A DNA stretch of 64,000 nucleotides from contig CM075988.1 of assembly GCA_038087875.1 (NCBI GenBank), forward strand, positions 2,790,001-2,854,000, given 5' to 3'. Positions 50,348 to 62,866 of this stretch are shown one piece after another. The DNA comes from Malacoraja senta (Eukaryota). Each line of letters opens with the position of its first letter. Positions within the stretch are counted from its first letter, which is position 1. The translations under genes were made by a program, and so were the position numbers. The notes under the pieces are model-generated. The model searched no databases. It saw only the letters and a list, made by a program, of their open reading frames with translations, and was not told the DNA's origin.

Positions 50348-50663
50348 AGATAAAGGGAGGTAGACACAAAATACTGGAGTAACTCAATGTCAGGCAGCAT
50401 CTCTGGAGAGAAGGAATGGGTAACGTTTCTGGTCAGAGCATCACTGTGTTACTCACCCTGATATACAATGATCCAGGAGGTATATGGAGGCTAAGCGTGG
50501 CTCCACTCTTTAGCATGGGTGAGATTCTTCCTCCTTTCCTGGTGGTGCAGATCCCTCAGGCACGATCCCGCAGATGCTGCAAATTTGAAATAAAAACAGA
50601 AACTGCTGGAAACACTCAACAGGACAGGCAGCATCTGTGAAGGCAGACATGTAGTGAAGTTTT

Positions 50664-51080
50664 AGACAATAGACAATAGGTGCAGGAGTAGGCCATTCGG
50701 CCCTTCGAGCCAGCACCGCCATTCAATGTGATCATGACTGATCATCCCCAATCAGTACCCCGTACCTACCTTCTCCCCATATCCCGTGACTCCGCTATCT
50801 TTAAGAGCCCTATCTAGCTCTCTCTTGAAAGTATCCAGAGAACCGGCCTCCACTGCCCTCTGAGGCAGAGAATTCCACAGACTCACAACTCTGTGTGAAA
50901 AAGTGTTTCCTCGTCTCCATTCTAAATGGCTTACCCCTTTTTCTTAAACTGTGGCCCCCTGGTTCTGGACTCCCCCAACATCGGGAACATGTTTCCTGCC
51001 TCTAGCGTGTCCAAACCCTTAACAATCTTATATATTTCAATGAGATACCCTCTCATCCTTCTAAACTCCAGAGTGTACAC
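50664..51080 (-). mobile_element. CR1 3' fragment with (TATTGTC)n tail
   Basis: Reverse-complement similarity to 41560-41979. Confidence 0.85.
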
Positions 51081-52954
51081 GTTTTGTATTGTAGTTGGCT
51101 ATTGGCCAAACTACTGGCAATTAACGGGCTGTTCAACTGCAGGGTGACGGTGATACCTGTTCTGCTCCCGGCTGACCCATACTGATGCATGTTTATCTCA
51201 AGCCCATGGGGCTGAGCTGGCTTCTCTCACCAAGACTGGACTAGATCAGCCCACCTGCCCTGGGAATAAACAGGATTCCCTCCCACCCTCCAACCCTCCC
51301 TTCCTCCCTGGGAATAGGCAGCACAAGTGGTTAGAGGGACTTTCAACTACCAAATATCATCAGGGCTAATGAACCAGGATGGTCAACACAGTGAATGTCA
51401 AAGGAACACATTAGGCAGCTTAGAACATAGAGCAGTACAGCACTGAACACATCCTTCTGCCCACAATAACCATGCAGAACGTGATGCCAAGTTATACTAA
51501 TCTCCTTTGCCTGCATGTGACCCACAGCCTTCCATTCCCTGCATATCCTATGCCTGTCTACAAGCCTCTTATACACCAGTACGTATCTACCTCCACCACC
51601 ACCTCTGGCAACACATTGCTGATTTCTCTCTTATGTGTAAAATAACTTTCCCCTTCCATCTGTTTTAAACTTTCCCCTTCTCACTTTTCATTCTAGTGTA
51701 TTCGACATTTTCACCCTGGGAAAAACATTCTGACCGTCTACTCATGTTTTTATACTTCTATCAGGTCTACCCTCAACCTCTGGCGCGCCGGAGAAAACAG
51801 TTCAAGTTTATCTAACCTCTCCTTGCAGCTGATCCATCTAATCCAAGCAGAATTGTGATAAACCTTTTCTGCACCCTCTCCAAGGCCTCCACATCATTCC
51901 TGTAATGGGCCGACCAGAACTGCATGCAATATTCCAAATGAGGTGTGGTCTAACAACTCATCTGCCAGCCAGCTCACTCCAAACAAATGCCACAACTTAC
52001 TGCGCAGAACTGCAGACAGCTCGTTCTTCCGATGAAAGCTGGGGGAAATGCAGACTTGATGTAGGGTTGGAATGGGATTCTTCTTGCTCCAGCACAGCCT
52101 ACCTGCACCCCTCAAAACTCTACCTTCAACCAGCCCACTTGGTGTCCGCAGGTGTGGTGGGTGACAGTCTGTGTTCACGAGTTCATGTCATAGGAGCAGA
52201 ATTACGTCATTCGGCCCATCAAGTCTACTCCGCCATTCAATCATGGCTGATCTATCTTTCATTCTCAACCCCATTCTCCTTCCTGCTCCCCATAACCTCT
52301 GACACCCATACTAATCAAGAATCTATCACTCTGCCATAAAAACGCCCATTGACGTAGCTGAAACCCTCTAATCAAGGCAGAATTCTGATAAACCTCTTCT
52401 GGACCCTTTCCAAGGCCAGCGCGTCATTCCTGTAATGGGACAACCAGAACTGCATGCAATATTGCCAAAGATTCACCACCCTCTGACTCATCTCATCTCC
52501 TTTCTAAAGGTACGCCTGTTTATTCTGAGGCTATGGTCTCTGGTCCTGGACTCTCCCACTAGTGGAAGCATACTCTTCACATCCACACTATCCTGGTCAT
52601 GGCTCTCACATCTGGCTGGTGCTGCATAAATGTACAATGCTCAGGAAGCCACTCTCTTCACATCCACAGTCTCTCCCAGGCACCGGCTCAGACAAGGGCC
52701 CAGACACAACCCAGCAGACTCTCTTCCTGTGCAGCCTACCCTGTCGTGAACTGTGGTAAAGAGCCAGTGACAGGATATCTACTGCCCCTCCCAAGGAAGT
52801 AAGAATTCTTCTTCACCTATTCCAACTCATCCCTTTAACATTAGCTTAGTTAGTATTGAGCTTTGGATGTACGTGAACCAAGCACAGTGGCATGAACATG
52901 ATTGAGGGAGGAATAGCCTATACAACACCATGATGTTGTCAAGCAGGAAAGTCT

Positions 52955-53400
52955 TCAGAGAAGATTTACTAGGATGTTGCCAGGACTCAAGAGAGGTTGT
53001 GCAGGCCTGGACTTTATATCTTGGAGCGCAGGAGAATGCGGGGTGATCTTATAGAGGTGTGTAAAATCATGAGAGGAATAGATTGGGTAAACGCATGGTC
53101 TTATGCTCAGCGAAGGGGAATCGAGAACCGGAGGACATAGGTGAGGGGGGAAAGATTTGATGGGAACCTGATGGGTAACTTTTTTACACAAAGGCTGAAT
53201 GGGTGAATGGAACAAGCAGCCAGAGGAGGTAGTCGAAGCAGGGACTATCGTAGCATTTTAGAAACATTTATACAGGTACATTGATATGGTAGGTTGGAGG
53301 GATATGGACCAAAAGCAGGCAGCGTGACTAGTGAGATGGGCATGTTGGTCGGTGTGGGCACGTTGGGCCGAAGAGCCCGTTTCCACGCTGTATGATTCTT
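52955..53400 (+). mobile_element. Old CR1 3' fragment
   Basis: RRFTRMLPG and RGDLIEV.KIMRG-type remnants plus the CR1 3' UTR; similar decayed copies near 27170-27600(-), 51420-51960(-), 56300-56770(-). Confidence 0.75.
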
Positions 53401-56400
53401 TGAACCCATCCTTTCACTCAGTCATTAATCTTCAGCCTAATCCCATATCTGACCTTTTCTCTGGGGAGCTCCTGAATTAGTTGTCAGTGAATGGAGATCG
53501 ATTATCGTGTGGGTCATGGATAGATCTGCCCCCTTCCCCAGCCAGTGTGGGAGCCAGGTACCTGACCTGACCTTTACTGCAGACTCCATCCCAAGCTGTT
53601 GGGTACAAAATAAATGGGAGGAAGCAGGTCATCCTGTGTGTCTTGAGATACGCAGAATCAGGGTATCACCGTAATGTTTAGTACTAATGTACTCTCCATA
53701 CTGTACATCCATCCACACATGGTCTCTGCACCGCATGTCCTTCCAACACCACGTATCTACATTAAATGATATATAGCTAATGTACGTCCCATATGCCACG
53801 ATATAGTCCGCTTTTCCAACTGACCATTACAGAATTAGATTTTTTTCTCTGGAATCCTCGCACTATAATGCTGGAAAACTATATTCTGCACGATGGTATT
53901 TTTCTATTCACTCTATGTATTGCACGATATTTAAGAGATACAGTATGAAAACAGGCTACTTGTCCACTGAGTCCACACTAATCATCAATCTCTTATTCAC
54001 ACTAGTTCTATGTTATCCCACTTTCTCATCCATTCCCTACACACTAGGGGCAATTTACAAAAGGCCAATTAACCTATAAACCTGTACGTCTTTGGGATGT
54101 GGGAGGTGACCAGAGTACCCGGAAGAAACCCACACGGGCGCAAGGAGAATGTGCTGGCTCCACACAGACAGCACACGGGATCAGTATCGAACCCGGGTCT
54201 CTGGCGCTGAGGCAGCGGCTCTTCCAGCTGTCACCGTGCTGCATTGATTGCGTTCAAGTACAGTATTATCGGATTTGATTGGATAGCAAAATAAAGCTTT
54301 TCACCATACCTCGCTACATGTGGCAATAATAACCACATATCCCAAGATAACCACATCAGTCAGCTCACAAGTGAAGGTTCATCACTCAGATTATTGTGCA
54401 GTAGAAGGGATAGGGGAGGATTTTACTCTACTCCCCCTAGACTATCGCAGTCACAGGCAATGCCTTCACTAGGAGAGTGTGCAACAGTGTTTTACAACAA
54501 CATCTGTCCTTGCTCAAAGGCAACTGAAACAACAGCTGAATTCCCCAGCGGTGCATGGCACGCTTTTAGTGTCGGCTCATCTCTCAGCAACACAGGCAGT
54601 TGCTCCAGCTGCACGATGCAGTGGGCCAACCATGCAGCCATGCACACTTGCTGTCGGCATCTGAGCTCAGCAACGCAGCCTGGGGTATTTCTCACGTTCA
54701 TGTTATAGGAGCAGAATGTGGCCATTCTGCTCATTAAGTCTACTCCGCCATTCAATCATGGCCGATCTATCTTTCCCTCTCAACCCAATTCTCCTGTCTT
54801 CTCCCCATAATAATCCCCTGACACATGTAATAATCAAGAACCTATCAATCTCCGCCTTAAAAATATCCATTGGCTTGGTCTCCACAGCAGTCTGTGGCAA
54901 TGAATTCCACAGATTCACCACCCTCTTGATTAGTACAGGTTATGGGGAGAAGGCAGGAGAATGGGGTTAGGAGGGAGAGATAGATCAGCCATGATTGAAT
55001 GGTGGAGTAGACTTGATGGGCCGATTGGCCTAATTACTTCTATTCCTTATGACATTATGACATCATTTGCTATTCAGTAGCAGGTCACCCTGTGATTGTC
55101 ACCTACACACAGTTTTCACTCCCTCCACCAGTGAGTGAGACCAGCGAGTGTCTTCTACCCAGGGTGAGGTGGACATACTGGCTCTGGGAAGACTGTTGTT
55201 GAGGAGCAGCCAGAGAAGATCAGTGATTCATAGGCTGTGAAGATGGGTGGCAGAGTGAGGTGTGCCATGGAACTCAAGGAACATTAGATGCTTTGGGAAA
55301 ACAGACCATCCGATCGAATGAAACATCACCCACTTGAAACCTTAACCCGCCTTCTCTCTCCACGGATGCTGCCTGACCAGCCGACTATATCTCTGCATCA
55401 GTGAGCATATCGTGGTCCAGGAAGCCTACAGCAACTCCAATTCTTCTAAGGCTTTGTGATAGTCAAAGTCATAGAGTGATACAGCATGGAAACAGGTCCC
55501 TAGGCCCAACTTGCCCACAACGGCCAACATGTCCCATCTATACTTGTCCCACCTGCCCCCATATCCCTCCAAACGTGTCGTATCCATGTACCTGTCTTAA
55601 TGTTTCTGAAACGATGCGAGACTACCTGCTGATCCCAACACAATTTCCCTCAAAGGTTCCTCCTGCGTCCATTCCATCAATGGTTTACTAACGGAAGCCC
55701 TGTGTGGGAAGAGGCAAGGCCACGGCTGTAGATGGCATCCACATATTGGCCACTAACTGTACTGAGCACCCCTCTGGATGAGAGGAGCTCTCCATTCAAG
55801 AGTGGAGACCATCGCAGGGGCACTGATGGTAACCCTGCACAGACTGGGTTGTCCATGACAGTTTTTGTAGATGATCTCCTGGCTCAGCATCCATGTTTGT
55901 GTTTTTTATGACTGTTGGCAGATCAATTTCCCTCCTGCGATAAATAAAGTTCTATCGTATTTTAATCATAACGTATCCTATGGTATGTGTTGGGCAGACA
56001 TGTCCCGATGGTGACCACTTGACACATTCCAGATTTCACAGGGAGTGAATCAAGGTGCAGTTGTTGCACGAGTCATAAAGACACACAACTCAAAATAAGG
56101 GCCCACACCCCTCCGGGACTGTCCTTCACATCCAATCACACTAACCCTACACTAATCCCACTCCACTCTTCCCACATTCCCATGACACTACCCTGATTCT
56201 GTCACTCACCCACACACTAGAGACCAACAAGTCTACCAACTGTTCTGCATCTTCTTTTCCTGGCACGTGCATTGTGTCAGATTGGATGTGGGATATCGTG
56301 TCATTGAATCATACAACGTGGAAACAGGCCCTTCGGCCCAACTCACCCAAGGCAACCAGGTTGGCCCTCTGCACTACTCCCATTTGGCCCATATCCCTCC

Positions 56401-57656
56401 AAACATTTCCTGTCCATGTACTTGTCCAAATATTTATTTAACATTGTGATATACTTGTCTCAACTACCTCCTCTGGTAGCCCATTCCACATACTTACCAT
56501 CCTTTGTGTAAAAAAGTTGCCCCTCAGGTTCCTACTAAATCTTTCCCCCCTCACCTTAAACATATGTCCTCTCGTTTTTGAGTCCACTACTCTGATTAAT
56601 AGACTGTCCTTTTACCCTGTAATACTCTCATGATCTTAGAAACCTCTATAAAATCACCCTTCATCCTCCTGCACTCCAGGGAATAAAGCCCAAGCCTACT
56701 CTACCTCTCCCTATAGCTCATGCCCTCGAGTCCAGGCAACATTCTCGTAAATCTTCTCAGCATCCTTTCCCTTCTGATCTCCTACCCCTTCCTTCCAGTT
56801 GCCCACTTGTAGCCAATGGAGAGAGCCTGTCCCTGCAATATGTCTGAGCGCTTAGTTGATTCTGGAAATATTCCTTTAACTTTCCTGCTCCAATTAAAAC
56901 AGCTCCAACTTGGGTAGATGGCATGATGTGGGTGCTTTGATGTGAGTGGAATTAGGAGTGGGATTTCAATCATTCCTTTGATGCTGCAATTTACTTCAAT
57001 TTCATAATCAGAACTGAACCACACAGAGCAGTGGAGTATCAAGGTGTCTGTGGGGTAAATATAGGGGAGGCCTGTTCTTCTTTTATAATCGAAGATAAAC
57101 ACAAAAAGGTGGAGTAGCTCAGCGGGCCAGGCAGCATCTTTGGAGAGAAGGAATGAGTGACGTTTCGGGTCGAAACCCTTTTGTTACAATGTTCTATGTT
57201 CTAATGAAAACAGACCCAATCTCTCCAATTTCTCCTCTTAACTGAAAAGCTCCATCCCAGCGGAGAATTGTGGTGAATCCTCTGTACACCTTCTGCAAAG
57301 CTATCACATCCTCCCTGTGGCGTGTTGACCAGCACTGCATGCTGTACTGCACTTAGATCTCACCAATGTTTAATGAAGTTGGAGTACATCCTCTCTGTTC
57401 TTGTATTCAATGCCCCGACTAATGAACTTTCTTGACCATCTTATTTATCTGCGGTGCCACCTTCAAGGATCTTGAGATTCCCACATCCTCCATACCCCTC
57501 TAGGTCACTACCACTCTTGGTGCATATCCTAGCCTCATTAGTTCCACCGAAATGCATCACCTCACATTTATCAGGATTCAACTCCATCTGTCATTTCTCA
57601 GCCTATTCCATCCAAACCGTAAGATTGTTCACCACACTGTCAATAACTGAATTTTA

Positions 57657-57960
57657 GGGCAGCACGGTGATGCAGCGGTAGAGTTGCTCTCTTCCAGTGC
57701 CAGGGTCCCCAGTTCGATCCTGACTACAGGTGCTGTCTGTATAGAGTTTGTACGTTCTCCCCGTGGCTTCATGGGTTTTCTCCGGGTGCTCCAGTTCCCT
57801 CCCACACTCCAAAGACGTACAGGTTTATAGGTTAATTGGCTTGGTAAAATAGTAAATTGTCCCTCGTGTGTAGGGTGCTTCTAGTGTACAGGGTCGCTAG
57901 TCGGCACAGACCCGAAGTGCTGATAGGCCTATTTCCGTACTGTATCTCTAAACTAAACTA
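57657..57960 (+). mobile_element. tRNA-derived V-domain SINE, full length
   Basis: GGGCAGCACGGTGATGCAGCGG head, GTTCGATCC B box, V-like core, (TAAAC)n tail. Confidence 0.9.
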
Positions 57961-58743
57961 CGTTAAGCTCACTGTCTCATCTACAAATTTACTAATCTTG
58001 CTTTTTACATCCACATCCAGATTATTTATTTATACAGGAGCCTCTGGGATAGTGAATAATATGAATTATGGATATGTGGCTTTATACAAATTCTCCCATT
58101 AAAGAATTTTAAAGTTATTAATAACATTAATCATTATAAGGTAGACAAAAGTACTGGAGAAACTCAGCATCTATGGAGTGAAGGAAATAGGCAACGTTTC
58201 AGGCCGAAACCCTTCTTCAGACTGATGATTATTATAATGATATTAATCATTATAAAATGTTTCATGATTCATTAATGACTGGATTCAGAATGTATTCCAT
58301 AAGAGTGATATTAGGGTGATATAAAATTACAGCGAATATATATACAGGAATAGAGCCAGGTTACTGTAGAAAAGACACATTCTTGATTTAAGAGAAAATT
58401 GCCTTATGGACAGTTCTCAGGAACAGGACATTTACATAATCCCGGCACAGTCTGTATTACAAAGCGCCAGGGTCCCAGCACCGATCGATCCCCGTGGAAC
58501 TTCACTGGTCACTGGCATATAATTGGAAGGTTAAACGAGAACTTACCAGTTTAAAGTTTGATCTTTATTTTATGAGGTGTTACGATGAGGGATTACGTGA
58601 AGAAGCCCGCCAGCCTGCATGCGCGTCAACCTTCAAAGCAACGATGTGAAATCACAGAAACAGTTGCTGAACTGATTATAGGAAGATTCGAGAAACTAGA
58701 TCTACCACATGACCTTTATGAGAAGAGGGTTGGGAGCGGAGGG

Positions 58744-58856
58744 CACGTAATCCCTCATCGTAACTCCTCATAAAATAAAGATCAAACTTCAAACTGGTAA
58801 GTTCTCATTTTATCTTCCTATTTTACTTCGGAGTCACGTGAGTGACTACGTGAAGA
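58744..58856. repeat. DIRS internal complementary region (ICR)
   Basis: 58744-58818 is the reverse complement of 58525-58599 (about 5 mismatches); 58819-58856 is the exact reverse complement of 63028-63065. Confidence 0.93.
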
Positions 58857-59025
58857 TTTTAAAGCTCTGTGATTTCATGCCACGAACACGAGTCCATGCA
58901 ACACACTGCATTAATTGACTAGAAATGATTGAAAAGATAATGCATTCAGACATGACATAGATTTAAAACATGCTGATGCCATTAATAAGCAAATAATAAG
59001 CAAATTATTGAATAGAATTTAAAAT

Positions 59026-59977
59026 TTAGTTGGCAAACGAACCCGGCCTGGCAATTGGTATATTATAAAAGGTTTGGAAAGTCCGCTCATTCGACCATCC
59101 TGCTGTCGCTATGATGCGGTCCAGTGGTACCTCCATGAACCTTGCTGCTGATGTTATCGGAGCCCTGGTGGAGTGAGATTTAAACACATCAGTGTTCACT
59201 CCTGCACAAGCCAATACATATCTACACCATCTGGAGATGGTCTGCACTGAAACCCTCTTGTGTGTTTTTTTGTGGCTAACGAACATTGCCAACTCAGTGC
59301 CTCTAAGGTTCTTTGTAGCCTTAAAATATTGATGAATATGTTTGACAACACACAATCTATGGTCCATAGGATATACCAGAAATTCCAGCTTTAGACCCAA
59401 CGGTCTGCTTAGTTTAATAACTCATTTACATAGAACGTTATTTTGTTGGTAGATATAACCATTCTGTTCAGCCGTAGCTTATGCAACGACTGGACGCGTT
59501 GCGCTGAACCAGGGCCATGAGCATAACTACCTTATATGAGAGCCAGGCCAAAGATAAGGATGTAGCTGGAGCCCGCCGGCGAAGTAGTGTTAAAACAATG
59601 TTAATATCCCATACTTCCGTGTACCTGGGCCTGGGAGGATATGAGTTAAAGATATCCTACATAAATCTGGATATCTGAGGGTGAGACCCAACAGAGTGGG
59701 TCCCGATCCCAGCAGCAAATATGATGAGAAGGCACTTTTGGCACAGTTAATGGCACTATAACTTAATTTTTTTGTCAAAGAACCATTTGAAAATGAACTC
59801 CAAGACGTCAGTTATCCATGCCGTATTATATGTTATATTAGTATTTAAACAAAACACTTCCCATCTCGTGATGTGGATGTACTGCTTTATGGTGCTATCC
59901 CTCCAAGCTGCAGTGAGCACGTCCATAGTTCGGTCTGACAACCCGAGCCCCAGGAATGGTCTTTTTGGAGTCTGCAA
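59026..59977 (-). pseudogene. DIRS tyrosine recombinase (fragmented)
   Basis: AWRDSTIKQY..RW..FC, LSYSAIN.AKSA.S, LCVV, VSVQTISRW, FKSHSTR, AGWS...TF..FY. Confidence 0.88.
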
Positions 59978-59978
59978 G

Positions 59979-60325
59979 TCAATAAACTGATTCTATCATG
60001 CAGAGGGTGGCTTCCCGAGTCACGGGATGAACCAGCAAATTTTTGTGTTTGGAAATAACCATATAAGGTTTTATTATCATTCCCAATATCAGCGAGAACC
60101 ATGGCTGCATAGGCCAGTCAGGCACTACGAAAATGCCTGAAGCGGAATCTTGCTGGATTTTTTGGAAGACCCGAGTGATGAGGCAAAATGGAGGAAAGGC
60201 ATAAAAGAACATTCCTCCTCAGTGTAGCGAGAATGCGTCTATCGCCACTGCCCCTGGATGTGGCTCCCATGCCACATATTTTTGCAACTGGTGATTGAGC
60301 CTAGATGCAAACAAATCGATATTCA
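59979..60325 (-). pseudogene. DIRS DNA N6-adenine methyltransferase-like domain
   Basis: IDLFASRLN.QL..Y..W.P.P.A.A.DAF followed by YAFPPF.LI.RV.QKI....A.GI.VVPDWP.QPWF. Confidence 0.85.
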
Positions 60326-60399
60326 TTAAATATTTTGTGATCCAACATACATTCTGTGTAATCATTAAATTTACGTGACAATACACCAGCGCCAAATGA

Positions 60400-61700
60400 G
60401 GTTAGCTAAACTATCACAGGATACTGACTTGATTCCACCATGTGATTAATACATGCCACCGCCGTAGTGTTATCAACTTGTAGTTGAACATGCAGATTAT
60501 ACATATTCCCACAATAAGCCTTTAACCCATAGAATGCCCCTAGTATCTCTAGATAGTTGATACCAAATAACTGAAGAATTGGTAACTCATGCACATCCCC
60601 TTTTGCCTCCGCAACTAGAGATGGTATCAGTAGTTCCTCATCCTTGAGCACTAGCATCAGTTTGTAATACAACTGAAGGTTTACTGACCAAATGTTACTG
60701 GAGCAATGCTGAATATTGGTCGTCCACCATTGTAATTCTGATAGCTTCAGCCGGTAATAGCATAGGTCTGTTAAAATGACCTAAATGGTACTTGAGAACT
60801 TGCTCCTTTGCACGTTGTAAATTTTGATAATGCAAAGGCCCAATTTGCGCAGCTGGAAAAACAGCCACTAAATTGCCAATTACACTAGCCACCTGGCGAA
60901 TAGAAGGCTACTTTATAACAACAAGGTTGTTACAGGTTTCTATTAACTCTAATCTCTTGCCCCAGGGCAGAGTCACAGACATATTGATAGAGTTAAAGGT
61001 AAATCCCAAATAATCAATAGCTCTAGTTGGTATCAACTTAGATTTTTAACTGGATGAATGAGAAACCCCAAATTCTCAAATATGAGTTTCGTGGCTGAAA
61101 CAGCCAATTTAGCCAAATACAGCGTTTTAGAACATCATCCAGCTGGACCATAACAATATGTTTTTGCGCTCTAAGCATTGGCTTTAGTAATTTGGTAAAT
61201 AACCCGGGAGCTTGTTAGCCCATTAGGCAACGCTTTAAACTGCCATACTTGCCTCATCCAGCTAAATTTGAAATATCTCCGGTGATCCCCCATTTTAAAA
61301 ATGTCTATACTGCACATGTGAGTTAAGTTGAGTTAAATCAAGGATGATCCGACATCCTCCATCTTACTTTTCTGGAGGCGCAGGGGTGTTGTTGCCGAAA
61401 CGGTGAAGCTTTGCTCGTCGTGGGTGCTTTAATTAACCCGACAGCTTTTGCTTCCTCTCGATTACCCCTGTTGTGTGTAATTTATGAATTTCTGCTTGTA
61501 TATCCAAACCTTCTTGTTTGGAATGAATAAATGCGACTTGGTATATGTTGTATGGGTGGCAATGAGTTAAGAGGAAATTCAATTTGGAACCCTTGTATAC
61601 TGTGCAGTATAAACTGGTCTGATGTTATCCACCGCCATTTGTGCAAAAACAAGTGTAATCTACCACCAACTTGTAACTGATCCACACACTCCATGTTCTG
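60400..61700 (-). pseudogene. DIRS reverse transcriptase / RNase H (fragmented)
   Basis: VGGRL..F...W..IT.D.FIL..IQG, DGGCRIILDL..LN, WQFKALPNGL, (Q)LDD at about 61134-61145, TDAS, INYLE, DNTTAV..IN. Confidence 0.85.
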
Positions 61701-61774
61701 GAAAGAACCGACCCACCTACCTCCATGGTTACCGGTGGTCTTATGGCAGGCCCCAAAGGCCCCTGATACGGGTT

Positions 61775-62866
61775 CTATTTCCGTCCTCGAGGTTTGGAGG
61801 ATAGAACTGCTCGAGTGCGTGGATTGCACATTCTCCATGAAGGCCAGCTTGGCTCTTGGCCTAAAAACGACCTCTGCCCAGAGAAATCAGCTTTCGAGCT
61901 ACCTCCAGCTTCAGCGAACAACTTACTGCTGATGGATGCGTAGGGCTGTTGTCGCCGAAATGGTGAAGCCTTGCTCGTAGTTGGTGCCTTGATTAGCCCG
62001 AGAGCTTTTGCTTCCTTATCTAGGTTTTTAACCTGTTTGGGTAGATCTTCCCCGAACAGAAGATTCGACGGCTGGACATGGCCTGGCAAATGCCGTGATG
62101 CCTGAAGCCAGCAAATTTAAATTCTTTGGAGTTTCATTTATTGGGCTTTGATGCCCTATTTTTCTCCAATGTACCCCCAGATAGAGCTGTTCACTGCCGG
62201 CACTTTTAGGGATGCACAATTTATAGGTGTATGGAATTTTGCAGCCGTCACCTGTTCGTGTAATGATGTGATGTGAGGTAGTTGATGCTGGTAGCCAACT
62301 CTTCTTGCAGCGGCTCCCTTGTTTGCGAGGGTATCGCAAACCTTGATGCCATGGCAGGCAGTTCTTGAACCTCATGCATGCATACCAGTATGTTCCACGG
62401 ACATACCTCCGAATTCGGAGTCAGTCATATACTGACCCCTGGCACTCCCCTCCACAGAGAGGGAGATTTTTAAGCAGCCCTGAAACAGGCGCTGCCACAG
62501 GTACCAAAGTAAACCTGTGCTGATATGTCTCCATATCATGGAGCATATCATGATGAGCATCCTCTCCATGAGGTGCTCCATCTGGGATTAACGCCCGAGG
62601 ACGCTACCCATATTTGTCGGAGGGGAACCCTCCTGGCCTGACTTGTCCGAGTCCACAGGCCTCTCAGACTTCCGTTTGGCTTTTACCCCCTTTCGGGGTC
62701 GCCAAAGTGCTTTGGCAAGCACCAAGTCTGAAGTCGCTGACCGCACTGTCAGCGACTCGGGCAGCGAACCCGAAGACCGCCGGCTACCCGCACTCCCATG
62801 GTCCTCCGTAGCCGGTTTCCCCATGGCCCGCCTGGATTTCGCCCTGGATTTCCATATCCGCAGCAA
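61775..62866 (-). pseudogene. DIRS gag-like ORF1 (fragmented)
   Basis: Lies upstream of RT within the ITRs; LLFGEDL.KQVK motif typical of the DIRS ORF1 C-terminal part; several stops and frameshifts. Confidence 0.6.

Noticed and set aside
53621..53640. Minus-strand CAG|GATGACCTGC resembling the start of the Kir3 last exon (MTC)
   Set aside because: It continues as FLPF rather than QARSSY and lies upstream of the first coding exon.
59979..60325. Adenine methyltransferase plus integrase as a prophage, restriction-modification system or bacterial contamination
   Set aside because: Both domains are standard parts of DIRS1 elements and lie between the DIRS ITRs, next to RT and RNase H.
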